64,000 nucleotides of DNA from an uncultured virus (IMG/VR IMGVR_UViG_3300017747_002313) (taxonomy: Duplodnaviria; Heunggongvirae; Uroviricota; Caudoviricetes; Crassvirales): IMG/VR virus record IMGVR_UViG_3300017747_002313. One strand, written 5' to 3'. Below, piece after piece: positions 48,658-58,619 of the stretch. A program made the position numbers and the translations under genes. The notes beneath the pieces are model-generated. The model was not told the origin of the DNA, did not search any database, and saw only the letters and a list, made by a program, of their open reading frames with translations. How positions within the stretch are numbered: position 1 is the stretch's first letter; each line of letters starts with the position of its first letter.

Positions 48658-49331
48658 TACAGTGATTTTAACATTTCAATCATTCGTGGACATGGGTAGA
48701 TGTCCGACTTATCTTTACGGTAAGAGTTGTGGCTGTACACACCTGGCGCTGCCGACAGTGCGTTCTTAGAAACTCTCCACATGTCTTCCTCCTTATACTC
48801 TATTGGAATGTTCCATAAGTTCTTCCAGTAAACAAGAAGATCTCTAACAGCCTCTATCTGTGCGTCAGTATACCTGTGGTAGTACTTGTGACCTTTATAA
48901 GGAACAGCTAACTCACATACCTGATCAGCAGGAACTAATCGATCTACATAGTTATAGTACTTACCATTCTTATTTGTAAGTGGACCCCAGTTACATATCT
49001 CAATACCTATAGCGATAGGATCTAGTGATCGGTACGGAAGACCGTTAGCTCTGAATACATCAGGCTTAATTCCTAGGTGATATGCCCAAAACTTAGATGC
49101 AAACGCCTGACAGATCTCTCCATCGTATGTGTCTCTAGAAAGACCTTTACCAGAGATAGTAATACACGTCGCAATACGACCTCTATCGTCGTTGTCCCAC
49201 ATCTTGATCGTTGCTGGACCTGATGAGTTACCTGCTGTGTGGTGAAGTACTATCTGAAGCTTTTTAGTAGATTCCTTAATGTACTGGCTTTCTTTTAACG
49301 GAACTTGCTTGATTTTTTTTATATCTAACAT
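48657..49331 (-). CDS. endolysin, N-acetylmuramoyl-L-alanine amidase (Amidase_2)
   Basis: IVLHHTAG, WAYHLG, IGIEICNWG, YTDAQI, SHNS.R.DK.D.YP. Confidence 0.88.
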   Translation of the reverse strand: MLDIKKIKQVPLKESQYIKESTKKLQIVLHHTAGNSSGPATIKMWDNDDRGRIATCITISGKGLSRDTYDGEICQAFASKFWAYHLGIKPDVFRANGLPYRSLDPIAIGIEICNWGPLTNKNGKYYNYVDRLVPADQVCELAVPYKGHKYYHRYTDAQIEAVRDLLVYWKNLWNIPIEYKEEDMWRVSKNALSAAPGVYSHNSYRKDKSDIYPCPRMIEMLKSL

Positions 49332-49332
49332 A

Positions 49333-49809
49333 CTACTGGAATTTAAATAAAAAAATAGCTAGAACCAAAAGAGCAGCAAGAATAACCCATACCCAAGGAT
49401 TCGACTTATTCTCCTGACGAACTACTGTTCGTTCTGTCTTTTTATCTTGCTTATGTTGTTTAGTCTGAAACTTTAGTGCTAACTTAAGACTGTCGTTCTG
49501 AAGCTTCATCATCTTCTCCATATGCTTGAACATATCTTCAAAGTACTTACGCTCCTGCTTTGACATACTTGACTTAATAGTATTTGTCACAGTATAAGGA
49601 AAGCTATCTTTTACTAAGTGCCTAACCTCAAAATTGTTAGTCTCTTTATTATATATAGTATCGTATTCGTAATGGTACTTCCATACAGTGTCTGACTTAA
49701 TAACAGCACCTTTAGATTTAGCAATAGCTATATGCTTTTCTGCCTTCATCAAGTGCTTTTCTGCACTGCAAGAGTACAGTAAGAATAGTACTATAAATAA
49801 CCTATACAT
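49333..49809 (-). CDS. lipoprotein with C-terminal TM helix (unimolecular-spanin-like)
   Basis: Lipobox LLYSC, C-terminal WVWVILAALLVLAIFLF, between holin and endolysin. Confidence 0.6.
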   Translation of the reverse strand: MYRLFIVLFLLYSCSAEKHLMKAEKHIAIAKSKGAVIKSDTVWKYHYEYDTIYNKETNNFEVRHLVKDSFPYTVTNTIKSSMSKQERKYFEDMFKHMEKMMKLQNDSLKLALKFQTKQHKQDKKTERTVVRQENKSNPWVWVILAALLVLAIFLFKFQ

Positions 49810-50302
49810 TGTTCTTTGCTCCACCTATAAATTCAATAACTCCATTTATTGCGTCTCTAAGTATAACAACAGTCTCTTTTACTGACTTAAGTATGTTATT
49901 ACCTGAGATGTCAAACCAGTTCTCGTTTATTGACGAAAGTTCAATAATACAGAATATAATAAGTAGAATATTTGTAAATATCGCCTTTGTAACTACTATA
50001 TACTCAATAGATAGGTACTGCATAAATCCTTTTGTAAATGGAGTTAGCATGTAGAAATCTAAAGGAAATACAGCTAGTGCAAACAATAAGTATCCACTAC
50101 CTTTAAGAATGTATCCCTTTCTAAGCATCTTAGATGCAAACACATCCATAAATTTACGTCCTTCTTTTTTAGATTGTATCTTAAGTGATATTAACTTAAC
50201 TATCGTATCTACACCCATAGCTCCCATTAGAAGTATAATAGACAACTCAATAGGAGAAATAAAACCTATGAATAGTGTAAATATGGTAGCTAGTTTTTTC
50301 AT
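49802..50302 (-). CDS. holin
   Basis: 3-4 TM segments; IELSSINEN motif; lysis module. Confidence 0.7.
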   Translation of the reverse strand: MKKLATIFTLFIGFISPIELSIILLMGAMGVDTIVKLISLKIQSKKEGRKFMDVFASKMLRKGYILKGSGYLLFALAVFPLDFYMLTPFTKGFMQYLSIEYIVVTKAIFTNILLIIFCIIELSSINENWFDISGNNILKSVKETVVILRDAINGVIEFIGGAKNNV

Positions 50303-50520
50303 TCTTCAAATGAATCTGGATTTGGCTTAGGTTCGTAAGGAATCAAAGGTAGTTCTTTCACCCACATTAAATCAGGAGTAATACATTGGTCTATTTCTTC
50401 AACTGAGATAATCCAATTATCGTTCAAGTCCTGAATAGGATTGAAATACGAATCATCGTCATATAACTGACCTAATAATTCGTCTTTTTGTACTTCTGTT
50501 AATAGCCCTACTTGTATCAT
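50299..50520 (-). CDS. conserved small tail-associated protein
   Basis: YFNPIQD.NDNWIIS.EE...WVK.LPLI.Y.PK. Confidence 0.65.
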   Translation of the reverse strand: MIQVGLLTEVQKDELLGQLYDDDSYFNPIQDLNDNWIISVEEIDQCITPDLMWVKELPLIPYEPKPNPDSFEE

Positions 50521-51248
50521 ATTTGTCTAAAATTATTTAAAATATCTTTAAATGTTTCGTGAGAGTAAGCACCTTTTGCTTTGTTAGTCCATACACATAC
50601 GAAATGTACATTACCTTGTACATATCCTAATTCATTGTCAATTCTATCTAAAGATAATAAATAAGGACTTGAAGTCATTTCTCTTTTTTCATTATATGTT
50701 TTAGGACAAAGCATATCCATATTTGTGTAAGCACATTTAAAATTTTGACCTTCTAATAATTCCTGTAAATATTCAACTGATACTTCAAACGGATAATTTC
50801 TTGATTTTGCATTTGTTCTCCATCTTCCGTACAAAGCATTATGAATATCTTTAGTTCCTCCTTTATTACAATTTCTTAGTTTTCTAACTCCTGTCTCCCA
50901 TGCTTTTTTACTTCCAGAACCTTTACCAGTTAGTCTTTCTATTTTATTCCTATCTAATAGGAATCTTACCTTTTCAGCTCCTATTTTGTACTTTTTAGTT
51001 AAATCTAACTGTGTTGCACCATTTATGTAGTCATTACACAAGTCATCTTCATAAGGAAATCTATTTTGTTTTATAGCAGAGTAAAGCTCTGTTTTACCCA
51101 AAACATCAATGCCATGCATTTTCATTGTTCTTCTAACTCTATCCGTTGTAGCGTTTAAATCTTTAGCAATTTCATGCGTTGTCTTTTTACCATATTGCTC
51201 ACGGATGTAATCTACATCTAGTGGCTTTAAACTATTCCATCTTCCCAT
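50517..51248 (-). CDS. free-standing homing endonuclease-like protein (HTH repeats + HNH-like domain)
   Basis: KCAYT...SLDRIDN..GY..GNV.FVC...N.AK; own TATATTTG promoter box at 51253-51260. Confidence 0.75.
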   Translation of the reverse strand: MGRWNSLKPLDVDYIREQYGKKTTHEIAKDLNATTDRVRRTMKMHGIDVLGKTELYSAIKQNRFPYEDDLCNDYINGATQLDLTKKYKIGAEKVRFLLDRNKIERLTGKGSGSKKAWETGVRKLRNCNKGGTKDIHNALYGRWRTNAKSRNYPFEVSVEYLQELLEGQNFKCAYTNMDMLCPKTYNEKREMTSSPYLLSLDRIDNELGYVQGNVHFVCVWTNKAKGAYSHETFKDILNNFRQI

Positions 51249-51279
51249 GATACAAATATACAACAATACAATCATTTTA

Positions 51280-52092
51280 TCAAGGGATTTGGCGATTTAA
51301 AGTTGTTTGAAATGCTTGTACTGCTGTGTATAAGTTAGCTGCATCTGTATCGGTTAAACGATCTGATATATATTGAAGTCCAAGCTGATAATTATTATAC
51401 CAAATTGGTGAACCATTGTCACTCCTTGCACCTAAAAAGAAAACTGTATTTGGTAATAAATTAGTAACTTTAGTTGATTTTGTAGCTATTAAAACTCCAT
51501 TAGAATAAACCTTACCACTTGTATCAGAAATTCTTGAAAAGTTAATTAATCCTGTTGTTGGTGTAAGCGTGTAAGAAAATACAACTCCATTTCCGTCAGT
51601 TGAAAAGAATTTACCAGATACATTATGATACATATCATAAAAATTAGTAACATCTCTAGCACCATAAATTTTATTTCCTGATGCATCTTGAGTTCTTGAA
51701 TACAAACCAAAAGATAAATTATCAAAAACTAAATTAGTAGATGGGTTGAATTTTGTATCAGCATAAGCATTAGTTCCATTTGGTTGTGCTCCGTTAGCTG
51801 AGTGAGTCCATCCACCATTAAACACTAATCTAAATGCAGCATCAGTATCTCTTGGGTTTTTAAGATTGAATTTATGCTGACTTGCTGTTCCTCCAACAAA
51901 CGGATATAATGCTCTCATTTTAGTCCATATACCATAACTTTTCAAGTCAGTTACAAGCGTGTTAATAGCACTCTGCTGTGTAGGGTTGGTAATAGCTGCT
52001 GCTGTAATAAATTCCTGTGCGTCTGGATCGATAGGTGTGCCGCCAGACGAAGATATATTCTTTGCAAATGGACTATATCCGTATCCGTACAT
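51280..52092 (-). CDS. tail/structural protein with ConA/LamG-like domain
   Basis: DPDAQ.FI.AA.IT...AIN.LV.DLK..GIW.KM.ALYP.VGG; beta-rich body. Confidence 0.6.
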   Translation of the reverse strand: MYGYGYSPFAKNISSSGGTPIDPDAQEFITAAAITNPTQQSAINTLVTDLKSYGIWTKMRALYPFVGGTASQHKFNLKNPRDTDAAFRLVFNGGWTHSANGAQPNGTNAYADTKFNPSTNLVFDNLSFGLYSRTQDASGNKIYGARDVTNFYDMYHNVSGKFFSTDGNGVVFSYTLTPTTGLINFSRISDTSGKVYSNGVLIATKSTKVTNLLPNTVFFLGARSDNGSPIWYNNYQLGLQYISDRLTDTDAANLYTAVQAFQTTLNRQIP

Positions 52093-52385
52093 TACTTAAG
52101 AATTAAGGCAACTGAACCAGATGCGATTTCAATTGTAAAGAACGGCTTATTAATATCCATTGGTGTTATAATAGCACCTGCCTTAACTGCTACAGTTGGA
52201 TCTGCTATATGATCATCAGTTACAGTTGCAACTATACCATTAGAGTCTTTACTCTCAATAGTGCTAAATACAGTGTCCTCTAGTGTTACTATTGCGTACA
52301 CAAATGAACCAGTAAATCCATTATTATCGTTAAGGATAAATGATCCTCCTCGTGCTGTTAATATCTCTGCGTATGAATTTGCCAT
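52092..52385 (-). CDS. small structural protein
   Basis: ORF track; F..I.I.SGSV C-terminus. Confidence 0.55.
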   Translation of the reverse strand: MANSYAEILTARGGSFILNDNNGFTGSFVYAIVTLEDTVFSTIESKDSNGIVATVTDDHIADPTVAVKAGAIITPMDINKPFFTIEIASGSVALILK

Positions 52386-52391
52386 CTTTAT

Positions 52392-52646
52392 CTATTTTAA
52401 ACCTTTTCTTGCTCTGTTCTTACTCCTGTGCTCCGCTACAACACCGCCTTTTTTTGTATGGCTGGCATCTCTTACGTCACCTTTTTTTAATCCTAACTTA
52501 CGACGGCCTTTATTGGCTTCTACTCGTAACTCTAATCCTTTCTCAGTCTTGTTATACTTAGACTGCTGCTTGAGGCGTTTCTGATTCGCCTCTGGGTTCT
52601 CTGCGTAGTACTTCGCTGTCTTCCCTTTTGTAGTTGAACTTTTCAT
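52392..52646 (-). CDS. small basic protein with degenerate HNH-like motif
   Basis: GD..DASH.K.G.......KNRAR. Confidence 0.55.
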   Translation of the reverse strand: MKSSTTKGKTAKYYAENPEANQKRLKQQSKYNKTEKGLELRVEANKGRRKLGLKKGDVRDASHTKKGGVVAEHRSKNRARKGLK

Positions 52647-52794
52647 TCAAAAATTCTTTTCTTTTATCACATCCGCACTCCTCAATAATACCAAGCTCAA
52701 CAGCCTTCTTAACAGCATACTTAATGCCTGTTACCTCGGTGATGAACTCAACAGTATCACCAAGACCCTGCTGACGTTTGATCTTTTGGATCAT
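52558..52794 (-). CDS. conserved phage protein (GLGDT...CGC..R...LN)
   Basis: Motif seen in the translation. Confidence 0.6.
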   Translation of the reverse strand: MIQKIKRQQGLGDTVEFITEVTGIKYAVKKAVELGIIEECGCDKRKEFLNEKFNYKREDSEVLRREPRGESETPQAAV

Positions 52795-52964
52795 CGCTTT
52801 TTCTTCATCTGAACAGCAGACATAAGAGACATCTTAATCATAGCTTCTTTAGCTTCTTCCTGCATGTCCTTCATGTCCTCCTTGCTTTTCTTAGCACGGA
52901 TCAACTTATCGATGTATGTGTCATACGACACCATCGGCTTATTGTATGGATACTTATTTTTCAT
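52791..52964 (-). CDS. small hypothetical protein (57 aa)
   Basis: Not in the track; TATATTTG promoter box at 52969-52976. Confidence 0.55.
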   Translation of the reverse strand: MKNKYPYNKPMVSYDTYIDKLIRAKKSKEDMKDMQEEAKEAMIKMSLMSAVQMKKKR

Positions 52965-52991
52965 ATTGCAAATATAGGTATTTTTAAATAA

Positions 52992-53060
52992 TTACACTTC
53001 AGGTTTTTCATCAAACCAATACCACCCATCTACTAGGTACTCGTAGTTGTCATTTTGTTA
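52992..53060 (-). pseudogene. 3' remnant of a small tail-associated gene (...NDNYEYLVDGWYWFDEKPEV*)
   Basis: Protein-like C-terminus with no in-frame start after an upstream stop. Confidence 0.35.
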
Positions 53061-53078
53061 TTCGTTTTTTATTTTGCA

Positions 53079-53249
53079 TCACTCCGTTTCTATATTTTCA
53101 ATAAAAGTATTGCTATCGTATAAGTAGCCTATTTGAACAGTCTCATCTACCTCAATGCAGAGCAAATTAGTCATATTTGACGGGTCTTCAATTGATATTG
53201 TTATGTTGATTACAATACCATTTTCTATAATAGCATATTTTTTTTCCAT
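53079..53249 (-). CDS. small tail-fibre-associated protein
   Basis: YAIIENGIV.N....IG..YD...F. Confidence 0.6.
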   Translation of the reverse strand: MEKKYAIIENGIVINITISIEDPSNMTNLLCIEVDETVQIGYLYDSNTFIENIETE

Positions 53250-54340
53250 TAGAAGTAAGTTATCATTATACAATATCCATTACCACCATTACCACCTGCA
53301 CCTGAGTTAGCTCCATTGGTAGAAGCGCCTCCGCCGCCGCCGCCACAACAAACAGCTCCATTACCTCCTCTTCCGCCTGCAATAGTTCCTGCTGTATCTC
53401 CTGAAGCTCCACCTGTTCCGCCAATTGACATAAGAACAAAATTAGCATTTGTTGTTGTAAATGTTCCATTAGTTCCTGCCGCACCTGCTGCTGAACCTCC
53501 TAAGTTTAAGTATATGTTATTGAAAGTCATATCTCTATTCTGCAATGATTGACCTGCGTTTCTTACGTTTGCTGCATCAATTCCACCTCCAAATGTCCCG
53601 CCCGTAAGTGGTCTCATATTAAATAAAGCATTACCTGTAAATCCATTTGAATTAGAAGTTCCTGTACCATATTGTCCCGAGGCATAAATTCCATAAATAG
53701 CTTGACCTGGTACTGTGTTACCACCATTTGCTGTAGCAGTTCCACCTGCACCACCTGTGCCACCTGCGCATATAATTTTAGCAGTTCCTTGCGTTCCATT
53801 TCCACCTATCAAACAAATTCCACCGCTTTGTCCTGCTGAGCCATTTGTATTATCAACTGTTACTGTTGCTGCACCTGTTCCACCTGAACCAATCCATATG
53901 TTTTCAGTAGCAGCAAATACCGATGCATCAAGTTTATTAATAAAAACAGTTCCTGTTCCTGCTCCACCTCCACCATAACGAGCTGATGCCGCAGCGCCTC
54001 TACGACCTGAACCACCGCCACCACCTGCTCCAAATAAATATACTTCTACTTGCATTGCATTAGCAGGTTTTGTCCAAACACCATTTGATGTAAATACTTG
54101 AATGTTTATTGGAGTACTTGAACCACCACCTGAATACTGCGGAATATTCAAAGTAGAGCCTACTAAAGTAGCCGCTCCGCTTGTCCCCGTTGTTGTTAAA
54201 GTGAGCGTGTTTTGTTTAGTATTAAGACCTGTATCTAAATAGTCTTTCACAGCTTTCTGAGACGGAACTACAATATCACTATTAAGTGATAGGGTAGGAT
54301 CTGTATCTATAGGGGTTCCTTTTGTAAATCCTTGGCTCAT
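53249..54340 (-). CDS. glycine-rich tail fibre protein
   Basis: FT.NG.WTKP.....V.V...GAGGGGG...GG.GG.G...I.TYF. Confidence 0.75.
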   Translation of the reverse strand: MSQGFTKGTPIDTDPTLSLNSDIVVPSQKAVKDYLDTGLNTKQNTLTLTTTGTSGAATLVGSTLNIPQYSGGGSSTPINIQVFTSNGVWTKPANAMQVEVYLFGAGGGGGSGRRGAAASARYGGGGAGTGTVFINKLDASVFAATENIWIGSGGTGAATVTVDNTNGSAGQSGGICLIGGNGTQGTAKIICAGGTGGAGGTATANGGNTVPGQAIYGIYASGQYGTGTSNSNGFTGNALFNMRPLTGGTFGGGIDAANVRNAGQSLQNRDMTFNNIYLNLGGSAAGAAGTNGTFTTTNANFVLMSIGGTGGASGDTAGTIAGGRGGNGAVCCGGGGGGASTNGANSGAGGNGGNGYCIMITYF

Positions 54341-54341
54341 A

Positions 54342-55595
54342 TTATCTGCTTATTTCTTCCCAGTCCATTGATGCAAGAACATTACCACCGCCACCACCAA
54401 CATCAGAAGCAACCACAATAGTAAGTTCAAATGGAGTTGATGTTAATGCATTTCTTTCAAGCTGTGTTTTAAAAAGTGCTTCTTTAAGAATATCAACTTG
54501 AGTTGATCCTTGGTTTGTTGCACTAAAGAAACCACTTGCTAATATCCTTCCTCCTGTAAGTGAAGTTCCTGTTATATTATAATCTACAGAAGAACCACCA
54601 GGAGCAGCAACCCAAGTACCTCCTGAAGTGGTTCCTGATGCTATAACTTGCCAGTTATAATGACCTGAAGTAGTTGCTATTACAGAAATTGCAGTACATA
54701 TTATTATAGCATCTAAACGATTAGGTGATGTTTTAAGTCGTATACTTACTATAGGGTAAAATGTTCCTGCTACTGCTAAGTTTCTTGGAGTTGTTACAGG
54801 TATTCCAATAGCTTGTTGCAATCCGTTAAGTTGATATCCTCCTTCAGATAAAACCGTAGAGCATATCTGCTTTAATGTACTTGCCCCACTTGTAGCTCCT
54901 GTATTTGTTATCTCATACCTTAGTGGTAATGATGCCGTTGTAATGTATGTACTAGTAATAATGTTAGCGTGATGAAACTTATGGCATACATAGAAGTTTC
55001 CGTTTACAATAAATCCTATCCTAACCGTACCTACGCCTAACCACTCCAAGTCCATAAATAGGATCTGTGCCTTTGTTAAGTCAAGTGTAACACCACTAGG
55101 ACCTGTCCCATCCATCTTGTCTACATTCCAACTTGCCTGTGCAACTGGAGTGTTTACTACTGCTCCTGATACAGAACTTCTCTCAACAAAACTTACAGTA
55201 CTATTGTTAAGTTCTAAATAGTATCCGTTATTTGATCCATAGTAACCAACTCTCTGTCTGAGGTTAGTCTTAGCGGCACTCATTACAAATGTTGAAAGTA
55301 CAAGCAAGCTTTTACCAGGCTGATAAGAAAATACCTTGGTAGTCTCTCTTATAACCTGAGAGCCTGATGCAGCCGTTACAGCAAGATCAACAAGCCCTTG
55401 ATCAGAATTAAATGTAGCAGTACCACTTGTAGCAGTAGCTGTAGACCAAAGTTCGTTATCATCAAACCTATGGCTAGAGTCAAACAAGGTAAATGGTTCA
55501 CTGACTCTTAGCCTACCAAATGAATCTATGTTAGGAGTATTTGCAAATGAAATCTCACTGCTAATAATATTATATGAAGCGTATCCCTGTGCCAT
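54342..55595 (-). CDS. tail-associated beta-rich structural protein
   Basis: D.FGRLRVS.P.TLFD...YQPGKS...WLGVG.VR.G...LPLRYEI. Confidence 0.65.
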   Translation of the reverse strand: MAQGYASYNIISSEISFANTPNIDSFGRLRVSEPFTLFDSSHRFDDNELWSTATATSGTATFNSDQGLVDLAVTAASGSQVIRETTKVFSYQPGKSLLVLSTFVMSAAKTNLRQRVGYYGSNNGYYLELNNSTVSFVERSSVSGAVVNTPVAQASWNVDKMDGTGPSGVTLDLTKAQILFMDLEWLGVGTVRIGFIVNGNFYVCHKFHHANIITSTYITTASLPLRYEITNTGATSGASTLKQICSTVLSEGGYQLNGLQQAIGIPVTTPRNLAVAGTFYPIVSIRLKTSPNRLDAIIICTAISVIATTSGHYNWQVIASGTTSGGTWVAAPGGSSVDYNITGTSLTGGRILASGFFSATNQGSTQVDILKEALFKTQLERNALTSTPFELTIVVASDVGGGGGNVLASMDWEEISR

Positions 55596-55596
55596 A

Positions 55597-55926
55597 TTAA
55601 CTTATTTCAGATCCATAAAGTGAGAATGACAAATTGGTATTTGAGGCATATACTTTTACTTTATCTGTTGCTGCCAAAGTTACTCCAATTGTAGCAATAA
55701 AAGTATCATTAGCACCAATAGGTAAATCATAGTAAATATAATCCTTATTAGCAGTAGCACCACCGCCAACAGCTATTGATATCCTAAATGTAGATAGAAC
55801 TGCTGATCTGTTACATACTATAACAGAACTAGCTACAGCTGATGTAGCTGCGGGGACTGTGTACAGAGCTGTCTCTGTTGTTGCTGAAGGACTTACCTGT
55901 CCTAGTGTTTTGTATACTGTTGGCAT
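55597..55926 (-). CDS. small tail-associated protein
   Basis: YK.LGQ..P.A.T.T.LYTVP...SF..YGSEI. Confidence 0.65.
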   Translation of the reverse strand: MPTVYKTLGQVSPSATTETALYTVPAATSAVASSVIVCNRSAVLSTFRISIAVGGGATANKDYIYYDLPIGANDTFIATIGVTLAATDKVKVYASNTNLSFSLYGSEIS

Positions 55927-55927
55927 A

Positions 55928-56131
55928 TTATCCTCCCATTAATAAAAAATTCATTTCAAATCCAACAGAACTTGTTGGTGATGGAGGAACAGACCATGTG
56001 CCGTCTCCTCTTAGATATGTAGTACTGTCAGCAGTCCCACTACCTAGGTTAAATGTAGGTACCTTGTCCTCCTTAGAGAACGGTATTATCTTGCCTAGGA
56101 CCCTCTTTAATGGACGTGGAAATATACTCAT
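55928..56131 (-). CDS. short tail-fibre-like peptide
   Basis: GTA..TTYLRGDGTW repeat motif; FLLMG C-terminus. Confidence 0.55.
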   Translation of the reverse strand: MSIFPRPLKRVLGKIIPFSKEDKVPTFNLGSGTADSTTYLRGDGTWSVPPSPTSSVGFEMNFLLMGG

Positions 56132-56174
56132 GCTAGTTGCAAAGGTAGCAAATTTAATCTAAATTTGCCTACAT

Positions 56175-56762
56175 ATGAGAACAAGCAAGGATAAGAAAAA
56201 AGATAAGTACGTTATAAAAATTAGACCTAGACCACTCCAGAAAGTAATCGTTAGAGAATACCCAGCACATAACTACATGAAGTACTGGCGTGTGATCAGG
56301 TACTGGGCATGTCGTTACTATAAAGTGACAATGATAGAGCTTGAGATACTTTTCTTCCTGCACGACGAGATGCTGTTCAACCAGACTACGTTCAACTCAT
56401 ACGACAACATCTTCAGGTGGGACACATACAGGATGGCTAGACTAAAAGAAAAAGGGCTCATCAGAACATTCCGTGAACCCACTAAGAACCAATCTAGATT
56501 GTACGAGCTCAGCTTCAAAGCCAAGAAGATGATAAACTCTATCTATAAGAAGCTAAACGGCGAAGAACCAATCCCTGTAAAACCAAGTAGAAACCCTATG
56601 TTTAATAAGAAAGCAGGATTCACAGACAAGGTCTTCGCCATAGCCGTTAAAAATTTTAACGAGGAGTTTAAAGAATCAAGGCAACGTCTCGATACTGAAT
56701 TATACGGTACGTCTGATCTCCACTCCGATAGTCATGACCCTGAACAGCATCATACGCTATAA
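56175..56762 (+). CDS. winged-helix (MarR-like) DNA-binding protein
   Basis: ELEIL.FL...RL.EKGLI...Y.LS.KA; only + strand gene in the late region; TAAATTTG box at 56160-56167. Confidence 0.55.
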   Translation: MRTSKDKKKDKYVIKIRPRPLQKVIVREYPAHNYMKYWRVIRYWACRYYKVTMIELEILFFLHDEMLFNQTTFNSYDNIFRWDTYRMARLKEKGLIRTFREPTKNQSRLYELSFKAKKMINSIYKKLNGEEPIPVKPSRNPMFNKKAGFTDKVFAIAVKNFNEEFKESRQRLDTELYGTSDLHSDSHDPEQHHTL

Positions 56763-56931
56763 CGTCACCCTTCTTAATGTGCTCGTCAACTAATGAGCTG
56801 ACCTCAACTACATCAGCCTCCTGATATCTCTGCTTCACAGTCTCTGAGCCAGTTAACAACAACCCACTCGCAGTCTGCTTCTGCTCTATCTCCCTAGGCT
56901 TAACTACAATAAAACTATTTAACGCTTTCAT
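56668..56931 (-). CDS. groES: co-chaperonin GroES
   Basis: IVVKP.....TASGLLL...V..V......KKGD...Y...D.. Confidence 0.85.
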   Translation of the reverse strand: MKALNSFIVVKPREIEQKQTASGLLLTGSETVKQRYQEADVVEVSSLVDEHIKKGDVIAYDAVQGHDYRSGDQTYRIIQYRDVALIL

Positions 56932-58513
56932 TCTCTCTTACATTTGTGATTATCGCATTCGTACTAAGGATCGTAGTAGCAACAGATACAGCGTTCTTAA
57001 GTGCGTTCTTCGTCACCTTCGCTGGATCTATAATACCCATCTTCACCATATCGCCTGTCTTCTTCTCCTTCACATTATACCCAACACCTACACTACCATC
57101 GTCAAAGAACTTCTCGTAGTCAAGAACCTCGTTGCCATCAACACCTGCGTTCTCACAGATCTTATGGAACGGCTGCTCACATGCCTGTGACATAATATCC
57201 AACGCAACAGACGGAGCTCCATTCAACATCGCCTTAGATGCTACAAACGCAACTGCGTTCACTAGCCCTACGCCTCCACCTGGCAGTACACCATCCTCAA
57301 TCGCTGCCTTCACCGCAAGCACTGCATCGTCAACACGGTCCCTCAACTCCTTCTGCTCGATATCTGAACTCGCTCCGACGTAGATCATTCCTACACCTCC
57401 TGAGATTGACGCAATACGCTCGTCCATGAACTTGATCTCTTCCTCAGAAGTAATCTCCCACTTACTAAGCTTAAGCTCCTTCACATACGCCTCTAGATCT
57501 TCATCAGTGCCGTCAGGTCTTACGATAACAGTGCTGTCCTGACCTACGATGATCTTCTTCGCTCGACCCAATCCTGAAACTGTACACAACGCTAAGTTGT
57601 CACCAGTAGACTCTGAGTAGTAGTGAGCACCAAGAGATCGTGATATATCAGTCATCATCTCGTCCTTACGATACCCGAAGTTTGGTGGAATAATGTTACA
57701 CACCTTGATTTTGCCCTGAACAACGTTCATGTTAAGTGTAGCTGCAACCTGAGCTGACAACTGACCTACAATAAGCAATGGCTTTCCTTCCTTCAGCACA
57801 TGAGCCAGTACGTTCTCGATGTTCGATAGATTATTAATCTCATGATCTGTAAGTAACACATACGCATCCTCCATCACGCACTCCATCTTCTTGTGATCGT
57901 TCACGTAGTACTTAGATGTCCACCCTCTAGCTACACGTATACCCTTAATAACCTCAGAGTATGTCTTCGTTGTCTTAGAGTTCTCTACAATAACATGACT
58001 AACCTGCGAGTACACATCAGCGATCAACTTACCTACAACTGGATCGTTGTTTGCAGAGATCGTCGCTACATCAAGCAGCCTCTTACCACTCACCTTCTTA
58101 GACATACGCCCAAGCTCCTTCACTACATCGTCTGCAATAGACTGTATCTGTCTCAATACCTCAGTCTTGCTGTGCTTCTCTACATCAAAGTAGTCCTCGA
58201 ACGCATCGATAATAGCCTTGGTAAGCACAATACTAGTCGTAGTGCCATCACCTGCCGACGACGCTGTCTTCGATGCTGCCTCCCTTACCAGCTGAACAGC
58301 TAAGTTCTCCACTGGATCGTACAAATTGATTGATCGTGCGACGGTCACACCGTCCTTCGTAACGGTAACACCTCCTATGTGGTGCTCGGACTCTATTAAG
58401 ACCGTCTGCCCTGATGGGCCTAAAGTGGATGAAACTGCTGCTGATATCTTGTCGATGCCGTTTTTCAGTTTCTTACGTCCATTTTCATCTAAAAATATCT
58501 GTTTTACTACCAT
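56915..58513 (-). CDS. groEL: chaperonin GroEL
   Basis: TLGP.G, TKDGVTVA, AGDGTTT, ATISANND, RVDDA..A..AA...G..PGGG, GIIDP.KV. Confidence 0.95.
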   Translation of the reverse strand: MVVKQIFLDENGRKKLKNGIDKISAAVSSTLGPSGQTVLIESEHHIGGVTVTKDGVTVARSINLYDPVENLAVQLVREAASKTASSAGDGTTTSIVLTKAIIDAFEDYFDVEKHSKTEVLRQIQSIADDVVKELGRMSKKVSGKRLLDVATISANNDPVVGKLIADVYSQVSHVIVENSKTTKTYSEVIKGIRVARGWTSKYYVNDHKKMECVMEDAYVLLTDHEINNLSNIENVLAHVLKEGKPLLIVGQLSAQVAATLNMNVVQGKIKVCNIIPPNFGYRKDEMMTDISRSLGAHYYSESTGDNLALCTVSGLGRAKKIIVGQDSTVIVRPDGTDEDLEAYVKELKLSKWEITSEEEIKFMDERIASISGGVGMIYVGASSDIEQKELRDRVDDAVLAVKAAIEDGVLPGGGVGLVNAVAFVASKAMLNGAPSVALDIMSQACEQPFHKICENAGVDGNEVLDYEKFFDDGSVGVGYNVKEKKTGDMVKMGIIDPAKVTKNALKNAVSVATTILSTNAIITNVRENESVK

Positions 58514-58570
58514 ATTTGATTAAATTTTGTCAAATATACGGTAAAAATTGTAAAAATACCATAAGATAAT

Positions 58571-58598
58571 AAAAAAAGCCGTCTGTTAGGACGGCCTT
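58571..58598 (-). terminator. intrinsic terminator
   Basis: GCCGTC/GACGGC stem with A run on + strand. Confidence 0.65.
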
Positions 58599-58619
58599 CG
58601 TTATGTAGAGTGGTGGTTG

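Noticed and set aside
44457..51275. Introns or inteins in terminase, or around the HNH-like gene at 50517
   Set aside because: Terminase is continuous and of normal size; the endonuclease gene lies between intact genes with no flanking intron structure seen
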